Source of the DNA: an uncultured Gemmatimonadaceae bacterium
Lineage (GTDB): Bacteria > Gemmatimonadota > Gemmatimonadetes > Gemmatimonadales > Gemmatimonadaceae
NCBI GenBank assembly: GCA_963740355.1
Contig: CAVUDW010000002.1
Location: 1,728,001-1,792,000 of the forward strand
Length of the DNA: 64,000 nt
Direction of reading: 5' to 3'
Under the pieces are notes generated by a model. That model was given only the letters and a program-made list of their open reading frames with translations, made no database searches and was not told the origin of the DNA. Below, piece after piece: positions 9,868 through 19,672 of this stretch (position 1 is its first letter; the number at the start of each line of letters is the position of its first letter). Position numbers and translations under genes: made by a program.

Positions 9868-12800
9868 ATGACAGCTCCTTCCATTCCGCAGGGCGCGATC
9901 GGCCAGCTGGATTCGATCGTCCGCGATGAACGCAGCGCGCTGCTTCGCCTGTCGCGCGACACGCGTATCGCCGCTGCGTTGCTGCCGGTCTTCGCGATCG
10001 GTGCCGTCGGCATCGTGTTGCTGGGCGGCGGTCGGTGGCTGGCCCTGCCGCGTGTCGCTCCGTTCCTGATCTGGGGCGCCGGCATCGGCGCGGCCGCGTG
10101 GGTCTGGCAGCGTCGTCGTGCGACGGACGGTCGCGCCACCACGCAGGACGCGGTGGCGGAGGCGATCGAGCACGAGCAGAAGCTGCGTCGCGGTGAAATT
10201 CGCGTGGCGAAGGAAGTGGCGCAGTCCGGACCACTCGGCGCACACGCGGCCATGCAGACGTCGCGCGCGCTGGCGGGAACCGCAGTACCACGTGCTCCGA
10301 AGACGTACGCCGCGCTGAGCGATGTGCGGAAGCGTGCGATGCTTTGGGCTGCCGGTGCACTGGTGGCGCTGATCGCCGCGGGCGCCATCTGGGGCGATGG
10401 TGCGGATGCGCTCGCGAATCCGATTGGCGCCTGGAACGGATCACTGTTGCCGCAGCTGGTGCTCGATGCCCCCTCGGTGGCACTGCGCGGCGCGACACCG
10501 ACGATTCGCGTCACCGGTGCCGGACGCACGGCGCTCACGCTGCAGATCCAGAAGTCCGATGGGAAGATCGTGTCGATCGACCTCCCGCTGGTCAAGGAAA
10601 CTGCGCAACGGACGCTGCCTGTGCTGGACAGCGACGTGCTGCTCACCATCAGCGATGGTCGCGCAACGTCGGCACCGCATCGCATCCGCGTGACGGACAA
10701 GCCGTACCTCGGCGACGTCGTGGCGCAGGCGAGTTATCCGGCGTACCTCGGCCGAATCGACGAGGACGTCGCGCTGGCAGGCGTTTTGGTGCTGCCGCGC
10801 GGCACCGTGCTGACGCTGCGTGGCCGTGCCTCGGTACCGCTGGCGTCGGCGACGCTGGTGAGTGACGAAGGTGGACGTGTGGTGCTCAACGTCGCTGGTG
10901 ACAAGGTCGATGGACGCCTCGTGGCCGATCGCAGTGCGCGCTGGGAATGGCGCGCCGATGCCGCGACGACACTGCAGGAAATGCCGCCGTCGTTCGCACT
11001 CGACATTCGCGCCGACTCGGCGCCGCAGGTGCAGATCGCCAGCACCAGCGACACGCTGCTGCTGGCTGGCGCAACGGCAACGGTGAGTGTCATCGCGACC
11101 GACGATCATGCGCTGTCGAGCGTGATGCTGACGGTGCGCTCGGGTGAATCGGTGGTGGCCCGTCGTGAAGTGCTGGGCGCGAATGCACCGTCGTTCGAGG
11201 GCACCGTGCCGCTCGACCTCGATGCACTTGGGTTGAAGGGTGACGACGGATCGTTGCGCGTGGACGTGACCGCGACGGATGCTTCGCCTTGGCGCCAGGT
11301 GGGCCGCAGCCGCACGCTGATCCTGCGCCGTGCAGGGGTGACGGAACGCCGCGAACAGGCGCGGGCGACGGCGGACAGTGTCGCTGCAGGCGCCGCCTCG
11401 CTGGCACGGCAGCAACAGGCGCTGGCGCAACAGACGAGTGACGCTGCCCGCAACGCGAAGGCCGGCGGGGAGAATGGACAGCCGATGAGTTTCGACGCCC
11501 GCGAAAAGGCCGCGCAGATGGCGCAGCAGCAGCGCGCACTGCAGCAGCAGGCGCAGCAACTGCAACAGCAGGCCAAGCAACTCACCGATCAGCTCAAGGG
11601 TGCCGGTGCACTCGACTCGGCGCTGGCAGGCCGATTGGCTGAAGCGCAGAAGATGATGCAGGAAGCTCTCTCGCCGCAGATGATGCAGCGGCTGCAGCAG
11701 GTCGAGCAGTCGGCGCAGCGACTCGACCAGGCGGCGACGCGGCAGTCGCTGGAAGACCTGGCGAAGCAGCAGCAGGCATTGCGTGAGCAACTCGAGCGGA
11801 ATGCCGAGATGTTGAAGCGTGCCGCGCTCGAAGGCAGCATGGAGACGTTGCGCGACGAGGCACAGGACATGGCCAAGGCGCAGCGTCAGCTGGCCGATTC
11901 ATCGGGCAACGCCACGGCCGCGCAGCGTCAGCAGCAGGCCGAGCGCCTCGCGCGACAGAATGAGGCGTTGAGCCGCGACATCAACGATCTCACCAAGCGC
12001 TTGCGTGAGTCGGACGCACAGCGCGGTGCGCAGCGTTCGGAACAGGCACGCCAGAACAGTGAAGCCGCCACCAAGCAGATGCAGGAGGCGGCACGCGATC
12101 CACAGAACGCACAGCAGGCTGCCGAGCGCGCATCGCAGGCGATGCAGCAGGCCGCTGACCAGTTGGCGCAAGCGCGTCAGGAACAGGTGAACGACTGGAA
12201 GCGCGAGACCACCTCCGAGCTCGATCAGTCGATCCAGGAGATGATGCAGCTCAGTCAGCAGGAGCGGCAGATGGCCAACGCTGCGCAGCAGCAGGCGCAG
12301 CAACAGCAACAACAGCAGCAGGGTCAGCAGGGCCAGAAGCAGGAAGGCCAGCAGGGCCAGCAGGGGGAACAGAAGCCTGGTGAACAGGGCGAGAGGAAGC
12401 CGGGACAGCAGGGCGAACAGAAGGCTGGCCAGCAGGGACAGCAGCAACAGGGGCAGCAGCAGCAAGGACAACAGGGGCAGCAGGGGCAGCAGGGACAACA
12501 AGGACAGCAAGGGCAGCAGATGGCCGCCGAGCAGGCGACTGTGCAGAACGGTGTGCAACAGGCCGCACAACGCCTGCAGGAAGCGGCGAAGCGATCGCAG
12601 CATGTGAGCCAGGGCTCGCAGCGTGCAATGCAGGAAGCGCTGCAGCGTGCACAGGAAGCGACCCAACAGGCGCAGAAGGGGCAGGGCCAGCCTGGTGGGC
12701 AGGGCCAGAATGGCGAAGCGGCGGCGGCTGCGATGCGTGATGCAGCCGCGGCGATGGAGCGTGCGGCCTCGAGCCTGGTGCGCGATCGTGAGCGCGCCAG

Positions 12801-13359
12801 CCGCGCCCGATCTGCGTCGGGTTTGCCGGAAATGATGGAGGAGATGCAGCAGTTGGCGCGGCAGCAGCAGCAGGTGAACGGTCAGGCGCAGGGCATGTCG
12901 ATGATGCCCGGCGGCGAGGCCGGTTCGCAGGCGCAGCAGATGGCGCAGCAGATCGCGCGTCGCCAGCGTCAGATTGCGCAGCGGCTCGACGATGTGGGCG
13001 GTGCCGACCAGAGTGGCCGTGCCGATGCGCTGGCGAAGGAAGCGAAGCGTCTCGCCGATGCGATGGAGCGCGCGGCGGGTGATCCGGAGACGGCCGCGCG
13101 TCGCGAGCAGTTCCTGCAGCGATTGCTGGATGCCGGTCGCACGCTGCGTCGTGAGGATGAGGACAAGCAGGGGCCGCGTGAGTCGAAGCCTGGCATCGGC
13201 ACGGCCGCCTTCGCGCCGCCAGCGATTCCTGCCACCGGTGCACCGGCGTCACGCGTGGCACCGCCATCGTGGGAAGAGCTGCGCGGCTTGCGTGAGGACG
13301 AACGTCGCGCGGTGCTGCAGTATTTCGAACGCCTGAACAAGACGGGAGCCAAGCCGTGA
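9868..13359 (+). CDS. Large membrane-anchored DUF4175-like protein (TM helices, beta-rich region, long Gln-rich coiled coil)
   Basis: N-terminal TM segments, YPAYLG motif, D..P.V and ATDD beta modules, Q/G low-complexity tract near 12280-12520, C-terminal AVLQYFERL. Confidence 0.65.
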   Translation: MTAPSIPQGAIGQLDSIVRDERSALLRLSRDTRIAAALLPVFAIGAVGIVLLGGGRWLALPRVAPFLIWGAGIGAAAWVWQRRRATDGRATTQDAVAEAIEHEQKLRRGEIRVAKEVAQSGPLGAHAAMQTSRALAGTAVPRAPKTYAALSDVRKRAMLWAAGALVALIAAGAIWGDGADALANPIGAWNGSLLPQLVLDAPSVALRGATPTIRVTGAGRTALTLQIQKSDGKIVSIDLPLVKETAQRTLPVLDSDVLLTISDGRATSAPHRIRVTDKPYLGDVVAQASYPAYLGRIDEDVALAGVLVLPRGTVLTLRGRASVPLASATLVSDEGGRVVLNVAGDKVDGRLVADRSARWEWRADAATTLQEMPPSFALDIRADSAPQVQIASTSDTLLLAGATATVSVIATDDHALSSVMLTVRSGESVVARREVLGANAPSFEGTVPLDLDALGLKGDDGSLRVDVTATDASPWRQVGRSRTLILRRAGVTERREQARATADSVAAGAASLARQQQALAQQTSDAARNAKAGGENGQPMSFDAREKAAQMAQQQRALQQQAQQLQQQAKQLTDQLKGAGALDSALAGRLAEAQKMMQEALSPQMMQRLQQVEQSAQRLDQAATRQSLEDLAKQQQALREQLERNAEMLKRAALEGSMETLRDEAQDMAKAQRQLADSSGNATAAQRQQQAERLARQNEALSRDINDLTKRLRESDAQRGAQRSEQARQNSEAATKQMQEAARDPQNAQQAAERASQAMQQAADQLAQARQEQVNDWKRETTSELDQSIQEMMQLSQQERQMANAAQQQAQQQQQQQQGQQGQKQEGQQGQQGEQKPGEQGERKPGQQGEQKAGQQGQQQQGQQQQGQQGQQGQQGQQGQQGQQMAAEQATVQNGVQQAAQRLQEAAKRSQHVSQGSQRAMQEALQRAQEATQQAQKGQGQPGGQGQNGEAAAAAMRDAAAAMERAASSLVRDRERASRARSASGLPEMMEEMQQLARQQQQVNGQAQGMSMMPGGEAGSQAQQMAQQIARRQRQIAQRLDDVGGADQSGRADALAKEAKRLADAMERAAGDPETAARREQFLQRLLDAGRTLRREDEDKQGPRESKPGIGTAAFAPPAIPATGAPASRVAPPSWEELRGLREDERRAVLQYFERLNKTGAKP

Positions 13360-15059
13360 TGGCTGTGCGACAGTGGATGGTGGTCGCGAGCCTCGTGCTG
13401 GCGACCGCAGCGCCGGTGCGTGCGCAGGAGGGGGGCACCAGCAGCACGGACACGCTGGTGACGCGCGCGCTCGATCTCGAGGAGAGCAAGCCACGCGAAG
13501 CGGCAGTGCTCTACCGCCGCGCGTTCGCTGGCGCCGGCGAGTCGATGGTGCCGGCGCTGCTCGGCCTGGAGCGCGTGTACACGAACCTCGGTCTGGTGGA
13601 CTCGCTGCTGCCGCTCATTCGCAGTGCGATTCGCGCTGAGCCGCGCAGTGGTGTGGTGCGCTCGATCCAGCTGCGCACGTTGACGGCGCTGCAGAAGGAC
13701 GAGGAGCTGTCGGCGGCGTTCCGCGACTGGGTGCGCGCAGCACCGGGCGAAGCGGCGCCGTTCAAGGAATACGCGCGAATCCTTCTCGAGTCGGGCCGCT
13801 CGCAGGCCGCCGACTCGGTGCTCACGGTTGCCAGCCGGATGGTGCGCGACCCACGTGATTTCAGCAGCGAACTGGCGCAGGTGGCGTCGGCGCAGCGGAT
13901 GTGGAACGAGGCGGCACGGCGGTGGCGCGAGACGCTGACGCAGACCCCGCAACTGTACCAGGCGGCGGTGTTTGCGCTGTCGCAGGCGACGGGGGTGGCG
14001 CGTGACTCGGTGCGGACGAACCTGCTCGCGGATCCGCTCTGGTTGCCCGCGCGGCGGGTGTTGGCATCGCTGGAACTGGTCTGGATGCAGCCGCGGCAGG
14101 CGTGGCTGGCATTCAATGGCGTGAAGCCGGATGCGGAGGCTGTTTCGGCGTGGAAGGAGTTTGCCGAGGAAGCGGACGCGCGAAACATGCAGGTCGCATC
14201 GCGCGAGGCGTGGGCGGCGATCTACGCCAAGAATGGCGATGCTGCGAGCGCGCTTCGTGCGGCCGATGCCGCATTGACGAGCGGTGAAGCGGCGACTGCG
14301 CTGCAGTTCGCCTCGGCGGCGCAGGGCAAGCTCACCACACAGCTAGGGTTGCGTGACGCGGTGCCGGTGCGGTTGCGTGCGATGGCGGCCCTCGGTCGCG
14401 CGTCGGATGCGTTGGCGCTGGTCGATTCCGTGCGGCCGAAGGTCGTGCCGATACAGCTTCAGATCCTCGAGCGCGAACTGATGTGGGCCTGGCTGCGCGT
14501 GGGAGACGCGGCGCGTGCGCGGCCATTCGTGACGCGCCTCGATGAGGACGAAGCGACGGCGCTGCTGGCGATCTACGACGGCGACCTCGAGAAGGCTCGC
14601 GCTGCGCTGCGGAACGCCGACGCGTCGAATACGCTGTTGCTGGTACCGCGCGCGCTGCTGTCTCGCACCACGCTGCCGACGTCCGCCGGCATCGGCGCCG
14701 CCTTCGTGGCGCTGGCCAAGCGCGACACAGCCACCGCGTTGACGCAGTTGCTCAACACGACGACTGAAGTGGGTGACGCGGCGCCACTGGTGCTGGCGAT
14801 GGCCGCGCGCCTGCTCACAGCCAGCAACAACGATGCGCGCGCGGTGCCGATCTGGACGAAGATCGTGACCGAGTATGCCACGAGTCCGGAAGCCCCCGAA
14901 GGCGATCTCGAATGGGCGCGTGCCGCGCTCCGTGCACGCGATGGTGGCACGGCCATCGCCCGACTGGAACACCTGTTGCTCACGTATCCCACCAGCGCAT
15001 TGGCGCCGCAGGCGCGGCGTGAACTGGACGCCGCCCGCCGCCTCGCGAGGACCTCGTGA
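13356..15059 (+). CDS. Exported TPR-like alpha-helical repeat protein
   Basis: Signal peptide (APVRA/QE); Ala/Leu-rich helical repeats; C-terminal LLLTYPTSALAPQAR TPR-like end. Confidence 0.65.
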   Translation: MMAVRQWMVVASLVLATAAPVRAQEGGTSSTDTLVTRALDLEESKPREAAVLYRRAFAGAGESMVPALLGLERVYTNLGLVDSLLPLIRSAIRAEPRSGVVRSIQLRTLTALQKDEELSAAFRDWVRAAPGEAAPFKEYARILLESGRSQAADSVLTVASRMVRDPRDFSSELAQVASAQRMWNEAARRWRETLTQTPQLYQAAVFALSQATGVARDSVRTNLLADPLWLPARRVLASLELVWMQPRQAWLAFNGVKPDAEAVSAWKEFAEEADARNMQVASREAWAAIYAKNGDAASALRAADAALTSGEAATALQFASAAQGKLTTQLGLRDAVPVRLRAMAALGRASDALALVDSVRPKVVPIQLQILERELMWAWLRVGDAARARPFVTRLDEDEATALLAIYDGDLEKARAALRNADASNTLLLVPRALLSRTTLPTSAGIGAAFVALAKRDTATALTQLLNTTTEVGDAAPLVLAMAARLLTASNNDARAVPIWTKIVTEYATSPEAPEGDLEWARAALRARDGGTAIARLEHLLLTYPTSALAPQARRELDAARRLARTS

Positions 15060-16330
15060 TGCGAGGCTGGATTCGGAACGCGCTGGTCGCTCTTGTCCCA
15101 ACGCTGGTCGCCGCTGCGCCTGCCGTCGCACAGCACCTGCTGGTGCCCATGGACGACGCGCAGCGCAATCACCTGAAGGCGTACGGGCTGACCTACAGCG
15201 CGCTGCAGCGGACGGAGAAGGCGGAGTGGCTGCTGAACTATCGCGGCGGCTCGTTCCTCCTCCTCGACACGCCGCCCACGCGCCGTCGCGCCGGGCTCGA
15301 TGGCATCTCCGTCACGCCGCTGGATGACAACGCACTGGCCGCCATCCGCACCGAGATGGCCGGCGGCAACTTCGATGCGGTGCCGCTGGAGCGGGCGCCG
15401 AAGGTTGCGATCTATTCGCCACCGAATGCGAATCCGTGGGACGACGCCGTCACGATTGCGCTCGATTACGCTGGCATTCCGTACACCAAGGTCTGGGACC
15501 CGGAAGTGATCGCCGGTGACCTCTCGAAGTACGAGTGGCTGCACTTGCACCACGAAGACTTCACGGGGCAGTACAACAAGTTCTACATCTCGTATCGCGG
15601 CAGCCCGTGGTTCATCAACCAGGTGAATCGCACGGTGGCGCAGGCGAAGCAGCTCGGCTTCAGCAATGTGCCGGGCCTGAAGAAGGCGGTCGCGGAGAAG
15701 ATGCGGATGTACGTCGAGAATGGCGGCTTCCTGTTCGCGATGTGCGGCGCGACGGAAACGCTCGAGCTCGCGATCGCCGGCCAGAATGTGGACATCGCCA
15801 GCAGCTTCAGTGACGGCACGCCGATGGATGCGGATGCCGACCAGAAGATGGATTGGTCGAAGGCCTTCGCGGTGCAGAATGCGCACCTCGAACCGAGCCC
15901 GCTGATCAACAGCATGAGCGACATCGACGGGCATCAGGTCAACGTGCCAGGTCGCCGCCGCGCACTCGGCACGTTCAGCCTCTTCGCCTTCTCGGCCAAG
16001 CTCGATCCCGTGCCCACGATGCTGACGCAGGATCATCGCAGCGTGTTGCAGGACTACTACGGCGTGACGACCAGCTTCACCAAGTCGACGCTCAAGCCGG
16101 GTACTCGTGTGCTTGCGTACGAAGACGGCATGCCGCTCGCCAAGTACATCCATGGCAGCTACGGCAAGGGCGCGTGGACCTTCCTCGGCGGTCATGATCC
16201 TGAAGACCCGCAGCACGAAGTCGGCGCCGCACCGACCGACCTGTCGCTGTATCCGTCGTCGCCCGGCTATCGCCTGATCCTGAACAACGTCCTCTTTCCA
16301 GCAGCGCAGAAGAAGCCGCGGAAGACCTGA
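15056..16330 (+). CDS. Exported class-I glutamine amidotransferase-like protein (family often labelled 'asparagine synthetase B')
   Basis: Signal peptide; NHLKAYG, PWDDAV, WLHLHHEDFTGQY, GGFLFAMCGA, GGHDPED and GYRLILNNVLFPAA. Confidence 0.65.
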   Translation: MMRGWIRNALVALVPTLVAAAPAVAQHLLVPMDDAQRNHLKAYGLTYSALQRTEKAEWLLNYRGGSFLLLDTPPTRRRAGLDGISVTPLDDNALAAIRTEMAGGNFDAVPLERAPKVAIYSPPNANPWDDAVTIALDYAGIPYTKVWDPEVIAGDLSKYEWLHLHHEDFTGQYNKFYISYRGSPWFINQVNRTVAQAKQLGFSNVPGLKKAVAEKMRMYVENGGFLFAMCGATETLELAIAGQNVDIASSFSDGTPMDADADQKMDWSKAFAVQNAHLEPSPLINSMSDIDGHQVNVPGRRRALGTFSLFAFSAKLDPVPTMLTQDHRSVLQDYYGVTTSFTKSTLKPGTRVLAYEDGMPLAKYIHGSYGKGAWTFLGGHDPEDPQHEVGAAPTDLSLYPSSPGYRLILNNVLFPAAQKKPRKT

Positions 16331-16395
16331 GCGATTTTGATTCGCTGATGTCGCGGTTGAAGGCGGGGTATGGCGTGGTCAGGTAGATTCCGGAC

Positions 16396-18984
16396 ATGAC
16401 GCGCCGCAGCAAGGCCGCCCGGGCGGACGACACACCACCTGACTTTCGGATCGCCACGGCTGCGGCTGCGGCGATTCGTGTCGCGATCCGGTTGGCGGGC
16501 GGGCGCGAAGTGTTGTTCGTCTGCGCGGTGGATGCCGACGGGAAGCTGACATCGGCGCGTGCAGTGGCGCGCGGCACTCCCGGGCAGGTGTTGGCGCTGC
16601 CCGGCGTGGCGCAGCGCGGTGAGATGCTGGTGCACAACCATCCGTCGGGATGGCTGGAGCCCAGTGACGCCGACCTTGGCATCGCGGCGCGCCTGCATGA
16701 CGATGGCATCGGATTCGCCATCACCGACAACGACGTCACTGACCTGTACGTCGTGACCGAAGTGCCGCGCGTGACACCGAAGGTCGTCGTGCCGGCATCG
16801 TCGATCGAGGCGGACTTCGGCCCAAACGGTCCGCTGGCGCGCGGCTTCGGCTCGTACGAATCACGCGACGGCCAGCGTGACATGGCCACCACGATCGCTC
16901 GCACGTACGCCGACGGTGGCGTTGCACTGCTCGAGGCAGGGACAGGCGTCGGCAAGTCGATGGCGTATCTCGTCCCCGCGTTGCGCTGGGCGGCCGCGAA
17001 CAAGGAACGCACGATCGTCAGCACCAACACGATCACGCTGCAGGAGCAGCTGTTCGGCAAGGACCTGCCACTGCTGGCTGACCTGCTCAGTGATCAGCCC
17101 GTCCGTTTTGCGTTGCTGAAGGGATGGCGCAACTATCTCTGCCTCTCGCGACTGGGACAGGCTGAAGCCGGCAGCGCTTCGCTGTTCGAGGCCCCGCAGC
17201 GCGAAGAGCTGGCGATGCTTTCGGAGTGGGCCAAGTCCACCAAGGATGGCTCGCTCAGCGATCTCGCGACGCCACCGCGCCCCGATGTCTGGGATGAAGT
17301 CGCGGCCGAAGGTGATCTCTGTACGCGCCTCAAGTGCCCACACTTCGACGCCTGCTTCGTGTTCAAGGCGCGCCGTGTGGCGGCCACGGCCGACATCGTG
17401 GTCGTGAATCACTCGTTGCTGCTGGCCGACATCGCAGTGCGCCGTGCGTCGCAGAACTGGGCCGAGGCGGCAGTGCTGCCGGCGTACACACACCTCGTCG
17501 TCGATGAAGGGCATCACCTCGAAGATGCGGCGGCCAATCACCTCGGCAGCAGCGTCTCCAATCGCGCGCTGTCGAAACTGCTGAATCGGCTCGAGCGTCG
17601 TGGTGGACGTGAGGCGAAGGGCTTGCTGCCCACGCTCGAGACGCGCCTGATGGCGCGCGGAGACCTGCTCAGCATTGCGAGCCTCGACCTGTTGCGTGCG
17701 CGCCTTCGCCCGTCGGTGGAGAATGCTCGCGGCGATTCGGCGCAGCTCTTCGATCGCATCGCGACCTGGCTGCAGGAGAGCAAGCAGGCCACGATCCGGC
17801 TCACCCCGGATTTGCACACCGAAGCGGTGTGGCGTGATGGACTTGGTGCCGCACTGCGCAACCTCGTGCAGGCGCTGGAAACGATCGGGGAGAACTTGCG
17901 CCTGATCCGGGAGCGCCTCGAAACGGAAGATGAGCGCGACGAAGCACTGCTCTCGCTTCTGCAGGAATTGCGGGGTGTCGGCTCACGCACATCGGCTCAC
18001 ATCGACGGTTTGCGTGCGACGCTCGATCCTCCCGACGACGCGAAGGGCTTCGTGCGGTGGGCGGAGTTGCGTGGTCGATCCGATGGCGGCGCGGTGCGCG
18101 GCAACAGCACACCGACCGTGCTGCTGTATAGCGTTCCGCTCGATCTTGCGCCGATCCTGCGCGAGGACCTCTTCGGTCGACTGGCCAGTACGGTCGTCAC
18201 CAGCGCGACGCTCACGCCAAACTCGAATTTCGGATTTCTCCTCACCCGATTTGGGCTCGACGAGGCCGAGACGAATGTCGAGACAGCGCAGTTTCCATCG
18301 CCGTTCGACTATCACGAGAACGCACTGCTCGTCGTGCCGAGTGATACGCCGGCCCCGAACATCGATCCGGCAGGGCATCAGCGCGCCGTGGTGACCCACG
18401 TGCTCGACATGGCGGAGGCGAGTGATGGCGGGATTTTCGTGCTCTGCACCAGTCATCGCGACGTGAAGGCGCTCTCGGCATCACTGCGTGACAGTGCCGC
18501 GACGAACGGATGGCCGCTGCTCATTCATGGCGAGGATGGCCGCGATACGCTGCTGAAGCGATTCCGGCAGTCGGGGCGCGCAATCCTCGTGGGCACGGCG
18601 ACCTTCTGGGAAGGCGTCGACGTGCCCGGACATGCGTTGCGCGGCCTCGTGATCAACAAGTTGCCGTTCCGCGTACCGAGCGAGCCGATGGTGGCGGCGC
18701 AGTGTGATGCGATCGAGGCACGCGGCGGTGATCCATTCATGGAATACATGCTGCCGCATGCCACGTTGCGCTTGAAGCAGGGGGTCGGCCGACTGATCCG
18801 AACCGCGACGGATCGTGGCGTGATCGTGCTGGACGACGTGCGCGTCGTGACCAAGCGGTACGGTCGCGATCTGCTCGATGCGCTCCCGCCGGCGCAGCGC
18901 GTGTTGCGCCCGTGGGCCGAGGCAGAGCGGCGGATCATCGATTTCTACGCTGCGCGTGAGGCGGCGTCCTTCTCGGCGCCCTGA
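16396..18984 (+). CDS. DinG/XPD-family helicase with N-terminal RadC-like JAB domain
   Basis: HNHPSGWLEPSDAD JAB motif; EAGTGVGKS Walker A; four Fe-S Cys; DEGH; FWEGVDVPG; QGVGRLIR. Confidence 0.92.
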   Translation: MTRRSKAARADDTPPDFRIATAAAAAIRVAIRLAGGREVLFVCAVDADGKLTSARAVARGTPGQVLALPGVAQRGEMLVHNHPSGWLEPSDADLGIAARLHDDGIGFAITDNDVTDLYVVTEVPRVTPKVVVPASSIEADFGPNGPLARGFGSYESRDGQRDMATTIARTYADGGVALLEAGTGVGKSMAYLVPALRWAAANKERTIVSTNTITLQEQLFGKDLPLLADLLSDQPVRFALLKGWRNYLCLSRLGQAEAGSASLFEAPQREELAMLSEWAKSTKDGSLSDLATPPRPDVWDEVAAEGDLCTRLKCPHFDACFVFKARRVAATADIVVVNHSLLLADIAVRRASQNWAEAAVLPAYTHLVVDEGHHLEDAAANHLGSSVSNRALSKLLNRLERRGGREAKGLLPTLETRLMARGDLLSIASLDLLRARLRPSVENARGDSAQLFDRIATWLQESKQATIRLTPDLHTEAVWRDGLGAALRNLVQALETIGENLRLIRERLETEDERDEALLSLLQELRGVGSRTSAHIDGLRATLDPPDDAKGFVRWAELRGRSDGGAVRGNSTPTVLLYSVPLDLAPILREDLFGRLASTVVTSATLTPNSNFGFLLTRFGLDEAETNVETAQFPSPFDYHENALLVVPSDTPAPNIDPAGHQRAVVTHVLDMAEASDGGIFVLCTSHRDVKALSASLRDSAATNGWPLLIHGEDGRDTLLKRFRQSGRAILVGTATFWEGVDVPGHALRGLVINKLPFRVPSEPMVAAQCDAIEARGGDPFMEYMLPHATLRLKQGVGRLIRTATDRGVIVLDDVRVVTKRYGRDLLDALPPAQRVLRPWAEAERRIIDFYAAREAASFSAP

Positions 18985-19054
18985 CCAGACCCTGATCACC
19001 GGCGCGCAGCGCGCCAGCGTGCTCTCACCGATTCATCCCACCAGCCCCGTCATC

Positions 19055-19672
19055 ATGTCTGTCCGCCCTGGCAAAATCGTCTGTGTTGGCCGGAACTACC
19101 GTGAACATGCGAAGGAACTGGGGAACGCGGTGCCGACCGAGCCGTTGTTGTTCCTCAAGCCGTCGACGTCGATCATCCAGTCGGGAGACGCAATCGTCGC
19201 ACCGAAAATGTCCCGGCAGGTGGAACACGAGGGGGAAATCGGGGTCGTGATTGGGACACCGATCCGGCGTGCCACCGAGGCGCAGGCGTTGGCGGCGATT
19301 CGCGGAATCGTGGCGCTGAACGACGTCACCGCCCGGGACATCCAGAAGTCCGATCCGCAGTGGACCCGCGGGAAGGGCTTCGACACCTTCTGCCCCATCG
19401 GGCCGGAGTGGGTCGGGATTCCCGATTTTTCTCGGCTCGAGGTGGTCACGCGGGTCAACGGTGTCGTACGGCAGAGGGGCTCGGGGGCCGAGATGGTGTT
19501 TTCCGTCCCGGCGTTGCTGGCCTACATTTCCCAGGTCATGACCCTCGAGGCCGGGGACATCGTGGCCACCGGGACCCCCGCTGGCGTCGGCCCCCTGGTT
19601 CCGGGCGACACGGTGGAAGTCGAAGTGGTCGGATGCAGTACGGTCTCCAATCCTGTCGTCGCCGAATCCTGA
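19055..19672 (+). CDS. Fumarylacetoacetate hydrolase family protein
   Basis: KIVCVGRNYREHAKE, EHEGE, NDVTARD, KGFDTFCPIGP and TGTPAGVG. Confidence 0.93.
   Translation: MSVRPGKIVCVGRNYREHAKELGNAVPTEPLLFLKPSTSIIQSGDAIVAPKMSRQVEHEGEIGVVIGTPIRRATEAQALAAIRGIVALNDVTARDIQKSDPQWTRGKGFDTFCPIGPEWVGIPDFSRLEVVTRVNGVVRQRGSGAEMVFSVPALLAYISQVMTLEAGDIVATGTPAGVGPLVPGDTVEVEVVGCSTVSNPVVAES

Noticed and set aside
12280..12520. CAG-rich repeat as an independent element
   Set aside because: Explained by the Gln/Gly low-complexity coding tract.
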